A stretch of 64,000 bases of DNA from the NCBI RefSeq assembly GCF_009914755.1, contig NC_060935.1. One strand, 5' to 3'. Made by a program: the position numbers and the translations under genes. This stretch comes from the human T2T-CHM13v2.0 reference genome, Homo sapiens. Under the pieces are notes generated by a model. That model did no database searches and was not told the DNA's origin. It worked only from the letters and a program-made list of their open reading frames with translations. Each line of letters starts with the position of its first letter. Within the stretch, counting starts at the first letter, position 1. Below are positions 27,900-41,500 of this stretch, piece by piece.

Positions 27900-30500
27900 G
27901 CAACACCTATTATTTGACTGTGGGTTGATTTAGTCTGGAAATAATTCTGGGTGTGAGTATCCTCTGAAACAAAGCTTTGTGCATACCTATAATTATTTCC
28001 AAAATATAAAGTCCTAAAACTTGAGCTGTTCAGGAAAAAAGAAAAGTTCATTTTATAATTTTTAAATATCTTCAAGTTGACTTGCAGAGAGATTTTATAA
28101 ATGTACATGCCTACATTTTTCGTATCTGTTTGTTCTACTCTCAAAAATATAGTGGGTGATTTCAATCTATTTCATCTTTTCTAAAATGATGAGAAAGAAA
28201 CAGTAACTACTTGTTTTATTTTACATTTCTCTGATTCTGAGTGAGGATGAACATTCTTTACATAGTTAGCTTTTTGGGTATTTGAATTTCTTTTATGAAT
28301 TGCTCATTAACATTTCTTTTTCCATCCTTTCCATTGAGAAGTTCTTCCTATTCTTGATTTTTAAAGGCTCTTTGATGTGGTAGTTTTTCTATTTGTTACT
28401 TACATTTTACATATATGTGTTCTTTAACCATTCATTTAAAATAGTTGTATAATAAAATATACCAATCTTAAGTTAATGGTTATGGTTTTCATCATGTCCT
28501 TAGAAGGTCCTTTCCCACTCAAAGATTACAGAAAATAATTTAATCTTTACATCCATATTATGAAGTTGTGGTTTTACTTTCATTTTACAAATGGTTTTCA
28601 TGATGTCCTTAGAAGGTCCTTTCTCACTCAAAGATTACAGCAAATATTCACCTATTATTTCTCCTAGCAATATTAGGGGGTGTTTTTATTTTTTTTGTTT
28701 TATATTGAGATATTTAATCCATCTAGATTTTGGAGAAGAACTGATGTGAAAATACTTTCTTTCTCAACAAATAATCAGATATTCTAACACCATTTTAAAT
28801 AATACACCCTTCTATCAATTTAGATGACATCTTTATCATTTGTTCCTCTATATACTTGAGTTTGAGTCATTTCTCTATTTTAATCCATTGAGGCATTGAT
28901 ATCTGCACTAGTACAATGCATATAAATTATCCTAATAGTAAATCATAAGGTTGGATAGGTTAAATCTCCCCACCCTCCCCATAACCACAATTCTTTTTCA
29001 TATTTTTCAGATTTTTTTCTCTGAATATTTTTACATGTATTCATCTGGGTAAACTTTAAAATTATTTTGTTAAGTTTCCCATCAGAGATTGTTTATTGGC
29101 TTTGATTATAACCGCAGTTATTTTTTAGATAATTACTGGGGAATATTTCTCAAAATATGATTCATGGAATACTCATATCAAAATCACCAAACTGACTTGT
29201 TAAAAGGCAAATTTAATTGTTCAACCACAAACCTACTGAGAATCTCTAGAACTCAGGAACTTTTATTTTTAACAACCTCTCACAGAGAGAATTATTAGGG
29301 ACGTTAATATATGAGAATCAATAATTTGTTAATGATATCTTTACAATATTTAAATCTTACATCTAGAAATTAGGTTTATTTCTCTATTTATGCATGTTGA
29401 CTTTTCCTGTATTCTTTCTGAACATATTCATGTTAAATTCACACCTACATATTTTGGCAAAATATATATGTCTATATATAGATTTTTTTTGAGACAGAGT
29501 CTCACTCTATTGCTCAGGCTGGAGTGCGGTGGTGTGCTCTCAGCTCACTGTAACCTCTCCCTCCTGGGTTCAAGTGATTTTTCTGCCTCAGCCTCCTGAG
29601 TAGCTGGGACTACAGGCATGTGCCACCACGTGCGGCTACTTTTTGTAGAGACAGAGTTTCACCATATTGGCTGGGCTGGTCTCGAACTCCTGACCTCGTG
29701 ATCCACCTGAGTCAGCCTCCCAAAGTGCTGAGATTACAGGCGTGAGCCACTGTGTCCGGCCATTAATTATATATTTTTAAAATTAATTTTATAATTAGTT
29801 CTGATTAATATATAAGAAAACCATGCACATAGTTACATATATGTAACTTACCTATTTACAGATTTTTTATTAGAACCAGTTTTCAGATTATATAAAAATT
29901 TACAAACAGAAAATCAACCTACAAGTAGTGATAAATTTACCCTCTCCTTTCCAATAATTATACCTGTCATTTCTAGTTTATATTTCTAATTTTTATTTCA
30001 TTAGCTAACTCTTGGCAAATAAACAGACACCTTTTTTGTAACTCAGAATTTAATGTGAATATTTCTAGTATTTCACCATTAAGCACAATGCTAGCATTTT
30101 GTTTCAAATATCTATTATACAAAAGAAGAAATACTCAGATTTCTTCTTTAAAAAGTATACTTAAGTTCCTGTTTGACTCAAACTACTTATCAAGAATGAA
30201 ATATGAACTTTATCAAGTATCTTTTGAGGCATTTACTAAGATATTTTTTCCCATTCTAATCTATTAATATGAAGAATTGTTTCAATAAATTTACTAATGT
30301 TGGCCTAAATAAGCACTTATGGTAAAAGCTCACTTGATCACAATGTTTTATTACAATGGAATACTGCTGTTATCTATACACTTTCATTTTATTTTGACTT
30401 TACGTCTATTTTATATGTATTCATTTAATGTCAACTTCATTAAAAAATTGACTTTTCCTTTTTTCTCTACAAATGAAGTAAATGAAATAGTAATCACCAT
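27900..30500 (-). mobile_element. Old antisense L1 (L1M/L1ME) fragments with nested SINE/MITE
   Basis: T-rich degenerate L1 ORF2 sequence. Boundaries are approximate. Confidence 0.5.
29483..29761 (-). mobile_element. AluS-type SINE
   Basis: T-run then GAGACAGAGTCTCACTC...GTGAGCCACTGTGTCCGGCC. Confidence 0.93.
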
Positions 30501-30529
30501 TCCTTAAAAGTTCAAAATAATTCTGAATT

Positions 30530-31810
<1,281 letters not shown>

Positions 31811-32746
31811 CATCACGATCCTCTCTTACTGCCTACCCTCTCTGAGGCATCACCTTAGTGCCAGGGGTTTTCAGTGAAGGTTCTTTACTCTGGCAGACTG
31901 AAATTCCAAAATCTTGTAGCCTTCCATGAGCCCTCTGGCAGTTGCTGTTTTGGGACTTGGCAGTTCTATCCTGCGTATGTATAGTTTAATATTCAGCCAA
32001 GACTCAGAGAGATTCCTGAAGTCCCTATCTGCAGCTTCTTCCATTCTGCTATTCCCTTCCATAATTCAAGCTATCAATTATGGATCTCCGTCTCATCAGT
32101 TCAGCAAGGGTCTCATGCTCTCCTTAGGCTCCCGCTCTGTGGACCACAGTCCTGAAAGTGCCTCCAGGCATAAAGCTAGTGTGATCATAGGGCTTACCTT
32201 GTTTGTTTCCTTGCTATATGGCATTATTTTCTGAGTTGGCTGTTTGTTGTTCAAGGTCTGAAAATAGCTGTTTCACATATTTTGTTTTATATTTGCTTTC
32301 TGCAAGAGGGCTAGTCCTATAACAGTTACTTTATCAAGACTTCTTATCAAGCAGAAGTAAAGAAGTGACTTTACAGCATCCTCAATTAGGTGCTACTAAA
32401 TTTTCCCATTTTTATTTTTTTCTTATATTGGTAATGTAGGGCTTTTTAAAGTATCAACACATTAGAAAAGAATAAAAGTAACCTACCCGTAATTCCAGTA
32501 CCCAGGGTAAACCACTCTCAACATTTTGGAAATTTTTTTCTTCTAGTCTTTTCTGTGCATTTTGAAAACATCTATTAGCATTGGTCTCTAAGACAATAGC
32601 AAAACCACTTTTGGTAAGTACCAATGGGAGGTGATTCTCATTATTATTGATAATGATATTAATAATCATTATCTGTAGGATCCAAAGGAAATAGTAGTGA
32701 TCATATAGACCTAGACCACCAGAGAAGGGGAAAAAGAAAATGACAG

Positions 32747-32912
32747 GTCCAACTATTCTGGAGGCTGAGGTAGAAGGTTGACTTGACCCCAGGAGTTTGA
32801 GGCTGTTGTGAGCTACAATAGCACTGCTGCACTCCAGCCTGGGTGACAGAGCAAGACCCTGCCTCTAAAAAAAAAAAAAAAAAGAAAATAAAGAAAGAGA
32901 AAAAGAAAAGGA
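32747..32912 (+). mobile_element. 5'-truncated old Alu monomer (AluJ/FLAM/FRAM-like)
   Basis: GAGGCTGAGG...GCAAGACCCTGCCTCT plus an A-rich tail, flanked by AAATGACAG on both sides. Confidence 0.85.
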
Positions 32913-33786
32913 AAAAAAGAAATGACAGACATTACTTTGGGGCTAACAGTGATATGTTCCTAAGAACATATAAGTTATTCTCTGTGGAATTTCAGAAATA
33001 ATTGCAGGAGAAGAAGTGGTTCTTTGAATAGGCTGTTTCACTAATTTTGATAACTCCAATTATAGCTAAATAAATAGATACTGTGCCCTTATATTGTTGA
33101 TATTTTGCCCATATTGTGCCCCCTTTCACTGTTGCAGCTACATATATTTGAAAACATGCTATAAGTAAATTTTTGAGACTAAATTTTGAGTATGGGGCAA
33201 ATTTTTCCCTGCCACATTCTATTCAGAACTGGGTCAAAACACATGAATATTTAAGACTTTTACTGTAATTGGCAAAATTACTTTCCAGAAAGAGTAATAC
33301 AAATTTTCCTAACCACTTGCTTTTGCAAATGTGTCCTGTTTTTGTACCTTCATTATACAGCTAATTAATTCTATACTTGTTAATTGTATAATTTGGGGAC
33401 AGCAACTTAACCTTTCTGTGCCTCAGTTTCCTTATCTATAAGACAAAATTAATAGTATTTTAATTTACCTCATAATGTTATTGGGAAGATATAATAATAT
33501 AAAACCCTAAAATTAATGCTGTTATGGGTTCAATGCTTAATGAATATACTAGTTATTTTTTGTTAAGGTTTTGGTGTTAAAATCTTAGATAATTACGCAA
33601 GTGAAAATTTATCTTTCATTGTTTTAATTATTGAGTTATAATAATATTGAATATTTTTCTTATATTTAGTAGCTATTTGTATTTCTTCTTTTAAATAGTC
33701 TGTTCATATCTTTGGCCCATTATTTCTTGGACTTCACAATTTTCATATAGCTTTCTACAAACTCTTAATGTAATCAGGTCATTTAA

Positions 33787-34670
33787 TTTGACTTCTTTTC
33801 CTATTTGGATGCCTTTCATTTTTTTCTCTTCTAGTACTATATTGAATATGAGTGGTAAGAGTGGGTATCCTTGTCTTGTTCCAGTTCTCAGTCAGAATGG
33901 TTCCAGCTTTTGCCCATTCAGTAAGATGTTGGCTGTGGGTCTGTTACTGATATACCATCTTTCACCAATCAGAATGGCTTTCATCAAAAAGTCAAGAAAT
34001 AACATATGATGGTGAGGCTGCAGAAAAAAGGGAACACTAATACGCTGTTAGTAGAAGGTAAATTAGTGCAGCCACTGTGGAGAGCAGTTTAGGGACTTCT
34101 CAAGGAACTAAGAATTAAAGTAATATTTGATCCAACAATCCCACTGCTGTATATACACCCAAAGGAAAATAAATCATTCCACCAAAAAGACACACACAAT
34201 TATATGTTCATCACAGCACTATTCACAATAAAAAAGACATGGAATCAACCCAGGTGCCCATCAGTGGTGGACTGGATAAAGAAAATGTGGAACATATACA
34301 CAATGGAATATTATGCAGCCATGAAAAAGAATGAAATCATGTTCTTCACAGCAACATGAATGCAGCTCAAAGCCATTATCCTAAGCGAACTAATGCAGGA
34401 ACAGGAAACCAAATATCACATGTTCTTACTTGTAAGTGGGAGCTAAACATTGGGTACACATTGACATAAAGATGGGAACGACAGACTCTGGGGATGACTA
34501 GAGTGGGGAGAGTAAGGGGGTAAACGGCTGAAAAACTACTTCTTGGGTACTATGCTCACTACTTGGGTGGCAGATTGATTTGTACACCAAACCTTAGCAT
34601 TTGTACTCCAAACTTTGTAACAAACCTGCATGTGTACCTTAATTCTGAAATAAAAGTTGAAGAAAAATAA
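33787..34670 (+). mobile_element. L1PA16/L1PB-like 3' end with 5' inverted segment
   Basis: 33787-33944 is antisense RT-region sequence. About 33950-34670 is the sense ORF2 end, 3'UTR and A-rich tail. Confidence 0.75.
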
Positions 34671-35424
34671 AATTATTTAAATTTTTTTTCTGATACCTCT
34701 CTCCAATATTTTTCTCAGTTTGTGGCTTATCTTATGATACTATTATCTCACAGAAGTCTTTCCATTTGTGTGGCAAATTCTGCATATATTTTTCTCCATG
34801 GTTTCTTAGAAAGTATTTGTGTTTTTCAAGTCTGGTCCTATCCAAGTATCACAACAATTTTAACTTATTTTTTCTTTTTGTATTGCTTTAATTTTAATAT
34901 CTTATTTCTTAATCCAAATAGTTTGGCCTTCAGTGTAGTATAGCTAAGGCTTTACTTTTAAATCCAGCAAAAGTCTGTTGCTTCTTAATAGGTCAAATTA
35001 AGTTTGATTCCTGAAAACTGCTTCACAGTTTTGAAGTATGTGTTATAATTAAATATGTCGTATTTTAAATAGTTAGTGGTAGAGTTTTCTGCATAAGGAT
35101 AGTCCTAACAGTATATACAGTCATTTCCTAACAGTATATTTATAGCCAGTTAGTAAAATCCACATGAACTCTAACATCCTTACATCAGAACTAGCCAAGA
35201 GGGCTTTCACAGTATCATACTTTATCTATTAAAAAGCGGCACTGTGGAGAGAGGACTTGGAAAATAACTAAGTTGGTTTAAATTGCAACCAACTAATAAT
35301 AATAAATATATATATTTATTGTTAATTAGAACAAGCTAGATAGCAAAGAGCTAGAAATACTCAACTAGGTGTCAGTTTTAACATGACCCTCTTCTACAAG
35401 ACTTGATGTCACAGACCCAAAAAA

Positions 35425-36417
35425 ATGTGTTCTTTTTTCTTGTGCCAAACAGGTAAACAGGCAAAAATATCAATGGGAGAAGAAAACCAAACCTTTGTGT
35501 CCAAGTTTATCTTCCTGGGTCTTTCACAGGACTTGCAGACCCAGATCCTGCTATTTATCCTTTTCCTCATCATTTATCTGCTGACCGTGCTTGGAAACCA
35601 GCTCATCATCATTCTCATCTTCCTGGATTCTCGCCTTCACACTCCCATGTATTTTTTTCTTAGAAATATCTCCTTTGCAGATCTCTGTTTCTCTACTAGC
35701 ATTGTCCCTCAAGTGTTGGTTCACTTCTTGGTAAAGAGGAAAACCATTTCTTTTTATGGGTGTATGACACAGATAATTGTCTTTCTTCTGGTTGGGTGTA
35801 CAGAGTGTGCGCTGCTGGCAGTGATGTCCTATGACCGGTATGTGGCTGTCTGCAAGCCCCTGTACTACTCTACCATCATGACACAACGGGTGTGTCTCTG
35901 GCTGTCCTTCAGGTCCTGGGCCAGTGGGGCACTAGTGTCTTTAGTAGATACCAGCTTTACTTTCCATCTTCCCTACTGGGGACAGAATATAATCAATCAC
36001 TACTTTTGTGAACCTCCTGCCCTCCTGAAGCTGGCTTCCATAGACACTTACAGCACAGAAATGGCCATCTTTTCAATGGGCGTGGTAATCCTCCTGGCCC
36101 CTGTCTCCCTGATTCTTGGTTCTTATTGGAATATTATCTCCACTGTTATCCAGATGCAGTCTGGGGAAGGGAGACTCAAGGCTTTTTCCACCTGTGGCTC
36201 CCATCTTATTGTTGTTGTCCTCTTCTATGGGTCAGGAATATTCACCTACATGCGACCAAACTCCAAGACTACAAAAGAACTGGATAAAATGATATCTGTG
36301 TTCTATACAGCGGTGACTCCAATGTTGAACCCCATAATTTATAGCTTGAGGAACAAAGATGTCAAAGGGGCTCTCAGGAAACTAGTTGGGAGAAAGTGCT
36401 TCTCTCATAGGCAGTGA
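35425..36417 (+). CDS. OR2D3: Olfactory receptor 2D3 (330 aa from the first ATG; 314 aa from Met17 at 35473)
   Basis: Intact ORF with [32 protein letters not shown] and [12 protein letters not shown]. It is a clear paralogue of OR2D2 and the sequence is recognised. Confidence 0.95.
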   Translation: MCSFFLCQTGKQAKISMGEENQTFVSKFIFLGLSQDLQTQILLFILFLIIYLLTVLGNQLIIILIFLDSRLHTPMYFFLRNISFADLCFSTSIVPQVLVHFLVKRKTISFYGCMTQIIVFLLVGCTECALLAVMSYDRYVAVCKPLYYSTIMTQRVCLWLSFRSWASGALVSLVDTSFTFHLPYWGQNIINHYFCEPPALLKLASIDTYSTEMAIFSMGVVILLAPVSLILGSYWNIISTVIQMQSGEGRLKAFSTCGSHLIVVVLFYGSGIFTYMRPNSKTTKELDKMISVFYTAVTPMLNPIIYSLRNKDVKGALRKLVGRKCFSHRQ

Positions 36418-36574
36418 CCTCTGAGTCTGACTTTTAGAGCTATGGCAACATTCTTTAAAAAGGAGCAAGATTTTAGTAGGCAATTATGAATTAGGTTATT
36501 TCAGGAAGAAGTGTGAAAATGAACATGTTCTAAAAACTGTGAATACTACAATCTAAACTAGAACATAGGGAAAA

Positions 36575-36580
36575 AATAAA
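36575..36580 (+). terminator. Candidate poly(A) signal for OR2D3
   Basis: First AATAAA, about 160 nt after the stop codon. Confidence 0.35.
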
Positions 36581-39039
36581 AGCATGAAAAGTTAGGTCAT
36601 TTCTTGATTGTAAAAGGTGTTGGGTGCTACTGTGAGGAGTTTGTAGTTAATTCAGCTGCCATGGCATGTTTTAAGCACAGTCACAATTGAATCTAGGAGG
36701 TTTCAACCAGATTATTCTGAAATAACAGCTAATACAAATTGCAAGCATAATTCTAACATCAAAGATATCTCAAGTTTGTATGTCTTCAGCATACAAACCT
36801 TAGAATAGGCTCTGATTAAAACAATTAAAATATCTGTAAGAGTCTTTAATACTGGGTTCATTAGATCCTAGAGCACTTCAGCTTGTGAAAAGGTACCAGA
36901 GGAAATAATACTTCCTAGTTCTTCATGATCTCTCCTGAAAACCCCCCAAAATTTTATATAATCACCTCAAATTTCGTGTAAGCATAGACTATCAGAGTAA
37001 AAAGGGAATTCAATAGTAAAATAATCCAACCACATATCTGAGGCTTAAATTATTTCATAATATCTCATCAAATAATTGTTCAGCATTTGCCTAACCAGGA
37101 ATGACACAGCTCCTTACTCGGGCCACTCTCTTTCATATAAAGGTAGTTTTTACTATTATAGAGATCTTCCTCATGATAAGTCAAAATCAGTTTTCCTGTA
37201 TCTTCAATCTAGTTTCTCTAGTTTTAGTCCTAGAGCAATTGTCATTATTCTTCAATACTAGAACATACTGAGGTCAATTTCTGTATTTGCCCAAATTCAA
37301 TTGTCTCTGCCAACTGCCCACTAGTTTCTTTACAATTTCTTTATCTAATATGCTTTGGTACCCTGTATTATCTTGGTCATCCTCTTTTGAATGAGCCCAA
37401 TTTACCTAAAGAGTATTTCTTTAAAAAATAAAAGAGAAATTAGAATTTGGGGTGACCCCTTCATAGGCTTCAATACCTGCACACCATGTCACACTGTGGC
37501 CCAACTTCTCTAAAATAGTCAATTCCAGAGTCTACTTCAGTTCCTCACAAACCCATAATACAAATAAACTGGCTGGTAGCCTCTTCGCTCTTTCACTTAA
37601 AACTTCTAACATTCACATGTTTAGAGGAGATTCTAAGTCACATGTTTAGAGGTGGTTTTCCATGGTAACTATTCTACAGCCATCACGCACTTGGGGTCCA
37701 GAAACCACAGACCTCAGATTGACTGTGTAGAAGTCCCCTCCAGTGAAGAACTATCCAATAGCTGTACTTATTTCTTTCTTCTTTAATTCATGTATACATG
37801 TGTCCATTTTTAAACCAGCTATTGATCTCTTACTTCATTTTATCTTATCCAACTCTGAGTGTATTTGGTATACTCAGAGTAATGACTGAGACATAACGTA
37901 TATTAATACACATTTTTTACTATCTTTTTAAAATTTACTGGAACTGTACCACAATAGGCAAACTTTAATCTGGGGTATGATAATCACTAAAAACCTTCAT
38001 TCAAATGATATGTGTTAGTTGAGGTGATATAGAGAAGGATAAGAAATTTTTAGTTGAATTTGGTAACTTTGGCTGCTGGTTATGATCTAGATGAGATCTA
38101 TTTCAGTGAATAGAGGAAAAATAAGAAAATGTAAACAGACATTTGGAGATGTTTTACCATGAGGGAGAAGGAGGAAATGAGGTATGGTTAGGAAAGTGGG
38201 ATTCTGGGGGTTTTATTCATTTTATTTTATTTTAGATGCTTAGGCTACTCCCCCACCCATTCCTTGCAGATTCTAGCCCCTGACTCACTGCCACTCTCCT
38301 GAAGATACTGCTCCTGTGTTATAGTTGTTGGTTATTTTAATTTTCCCATAGAATGAAATATTCAAATAGTTTGCATTCTGAGATTCCTTAATCCTCGCTT
38401 CTCCAATGATTACAGCTACTCATTCCCATGGTCATATCTTAAATATTGGTGTTAATGATAACTGCCATCCCATCTGACCAAATTTCAAACACACTCCTGA
38501 GTAAAACAAAATGATTGCTATTTTAAAGCACTAAAGTTTGAAATGGTCTGTATGCAGCAATGGATTACTGACACACTGAGAATTATGTTCCCACTCATTC
38601 CACCAAAATAGATGCCAATGGGGCTTCTTCACAAAGCTGTCTGCATGAAACCACTACATACTAGGGAGGGAAGGGGAAAATAAAGACAAAAAATTCTAAT
38701 GAAAACATACTTAATACATACACCTAGAAATCATCATAATGATGACGTATCAGTCAGGGCTTTTAGTTTCAAGCAACAGAAACTAAGCATGATTTAAGCT
38801 AAAAGTAAAAATATTGAAATAGTATTCGAGTCATGTAGCCAGAACCACAGACCAAAATTGTACCACAGAATTGGCTCTATGAGGACAAGACTTCCATTCA
38901 GCACTAGAAGCATGATTTACCTGCCAACACCATCAGCACAGGACACTGCTGCCGGAGCTGCTGATTCTGGAAACTGAATATTGCTGCATCCATTGCCACT
39001 GTTGGAAAGAAAAAAAATGTCTTCTGACAAACACAACCT

Positions 39040-39980
39040 GAGTCAGGCGATCAAATTGAACACCAACAATGATAAGTCATGTTGATAGTATGTACCTGTG
39101 ATATGATATAATAAAAATGGCACTCTATCTCTGTGACCTTCATCTCCAGTCTAATCATAGGAAAAATATCAGAAAACTCCCAATAGAGGGAGATCATACA
39201 AAATACTTGACCAGTACTCCTCAACACTGCCAAGGTTAGGAAACACAAGGAAAGTATGAGAAATCGTCACAGTCCAGAAGAGCCTAAAGAGACATGACAA
39301 CTAAATGTAATGTGATATTCCAGTTGGGATCCTGCATCAGAGGAAAGAAAAAAGATAAAAACAAAACAAATAAACCAGCTAAAGAAGTCTGGTCCTTACC
39401 AGCCTGGACAACATGGCAAAAATCCATCTCTACAAAAAACAAATTAAAAAAAAAATTAGCCAGGCATGGTGGCAAGCACCTGTAGTTCCAGCTACTTGGG
39501 AGGCTGAGATGGGAGAATCACTTGAGCTCAGGGAGGTCCAGGCTGCAGTGAGCTGTCACACCACTGTACTCCAGCCTGGCAGCCTGGGTGACAGAGTGAG
39601 ACCCAGTCAAAAAAAGAAGAAAGAAAGAAAAGAAGCAAGCAAGCAAGAGAGAAAAAGAAAGAAAGAAAGAAAGAAAGAAAGAAGAAAGAAAGGAAAGAAA
39701 GAAAGAGAAAGAAAGAAAGAAAGAAAAGAAAAGAAAAAAGCAAAGAAAATAAGAAATCTGAATAAAGTATTGTGGACTTAATGTATCAATGTTATTTTAT
39801 TTTTTATTTTTATATTTTATTTTTATTTTCTTAGTTGTAACAAATATACCATAATAATTTAAGAGGGTAATAACAGGGAAAACTAGTTGTGGAGTAGAAG
39901 GTAACTCTGTATATTACCTTCTCAATTTTTCCAAAACTGTAAATCCAAAACTGCTCTAAAAAATAAGGTCTATTTAAAAA
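39040..39980 (+). mobile_element. L1MC-type 3'UTR with nested truncated AluJ (about 39398-39610)
   Basis: GATAAGTCATGTTGATAGTATGTACC...AGAGACATGACAACTAAATGTAATGTG L1MC motifs and an Alu right arm. Confidence 0.75.
39609..39752. repeat. Compound (GAAA)n / purine-rich microsatellite derived from the Alu tail
   Basis: About 140 nt of AAAG, GCAA and GAAAA repeats. Confidence 0.93.
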
Positions 39981-40699
39981 GAAATAAAAGAAACTATATG
40001 GTGTGTCCTTGTTTTTTTGTGTCACTAGCTGTTCAAAGTTGCCATCTTGTTTTACCTTAGTCCACTCCTGGCCTAGATATAAAGCTCTCTCTGGTTTAAG
40101 TTCTTTCACTCTGCTCCTACAGCACTGTCCACATGCCTCTAGGCAAGCACTAATCATATTATCATGTACTTAATGCCACCAAGCATTCTCTCCTTTGTGA
40201 CACACACATCCCTTCCCTCTGTGTCTCCACACCCACCAGATTTCCTCCTACCTCTCAGGCTGATCCTCCTCTCTCTTTTTTGCAGGTCCGCCTTCCTGAC
40301 TCAACCAATGGTGTTGGTGTTCCCTGGGCCAATTCCAGCCCATTTCCTTCTATTTTCTCTCTTCCTCTCTGTCCCTTTCTCTGCAGTCCTATTCCAATGG
40401 ATAGCATCAATCACCATCTACCCAGATTGACCCAAATTTTACAGGTCTAGCCCCAGACATCTCTAAATTCCCAAATGCCTACATCCAAATGCCTAATTGA
40501 CAATGCTTCTCAGATGCCACAAAGTACCTCAGTCTTAACAAGCCAAAACTGAACAACGAACTGCAAGCCCTCTCACTTCCATACAAAACTGAATGAATGA
40601 ATCTGTGAACCAATAAACCAATAAAGACCATGTAAGAGACAATGTCTTGTCGAAATTGTCATTGTTTTTTGATTCCAGACAAATGGGGTGTGGGGAACA

Positions 40700-41500
40700 G
40701 AAAGGCGATTTGGACTAGTTTCCCCGGACGGGATGAGGCAGCGCCGGAAGTATGACGCTCATTTCTTTAAGCCACTAGAAGCTCACCGTGAGTCCATTCA
40801 CAGGGCCAGAGTTCCAAGTGTGCGGCGTGGGCGGGGCCTGCAGAAAGGGACGGGGCTGGCAAAGGCCTGGTCTACCTCACCGATCCGGGTCGCGGGGGCT
40901 CCTAGGGGGTTCCTTCCACAGCTGGTGCGCGTGCGCAAGAGTGCGTCGAGGTTGTTCCGCGGCAATTTATGAAACTCGGAGCCGGCAGTGAGTTGAGGGT
41001 TCGGCGAGGTCAGGGATTCCTAGTTGCAGCGTGATTACCAACGCCAGCTCCCTTCACTGTCCAAGACAGCGATTCCGCGGCTCCTCTGAGAACTGGCGCT
41101 TGTGAGTGACTGAACGGGCCACTGGAGAGGAGCGGTGCTCACGGGTATCGTTCTCGTCAGCGGGCGGTGGGGACGCGGGGTCTTGGAATTGGGAATCACG
41201 CTTGAGGGCGTCCATGCGGAACGTGCAGCTCACCTCAGCTTGCTTGCAGTTACCCAGTTTCCACGCTGCCCTCCAAGGTCTGTGCCGGAAAACCTGGAGG
41301 AGGGCGCGAGCTGACGGGAGGGATGGAAACGTGGGCTGCGGAAGTAAGACAAGCGTTGAGAGCAGCGACAGAGGGCGAGGGGGTGGGCGGCGGGACGGCT
41401 GGGGTCAGGATCCAGCTCCGCTAAAGCAAGGATTTAACCACACTCCTGTCGCCTCTTCCACTCTGCAATAGGGGCAGTCTCCAGACGCGCAGAGTGGTTA
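40700..41500 (+). promoter_or_regulatory. ZNF215: CpG-island promoter of ZNF215
   Basis: The only CpG-dense, non-repeat stretch in the window. It has ETS CCGGAAGT (40744-40751) next to TGACG, a GC box GGGCGGGG (40829-40836), a perfect NRF1 site TGCGCGTGCGCA (40926-40937), and a second ETS site at 41338-41345. Confidence 0.88.
40850..41101 (+). other. ZNF215: Probable ZNF215 non-coding exon 1 (start approximate)
   Basis: Lies in the CpG island and ends at donor CTT|GTGAGT (41102). The TSS cannot be determined from sequence. Confidence 0.55.

Noticed and set aside
35103-35139. TCCTAACAGTATAT direct repeat upstream of OR2D3
   Set aside because: A short local duplication with no recognisable motif or inserted element.
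35551-35886. 111-aa antisense ORF inside OR2D3
   Set aside because: It is a shadow frame of the receptor CDS with no independent evidence.
39413-39781. Lys/Arg/Glu-rich 122-aa ORF and the Phe/Leu/Ser-rich antisense ORF
   Set aside because: These are translations of an Alu plus the GAAA microsatellite.
40688-41471. 94-, 67- and 121-aa ORFs in the CpG island
   Set aside because: They are Arg/Gly-rich frames with non-ATG starts, expected from GC-rich sequence, and show no recognisable domain.
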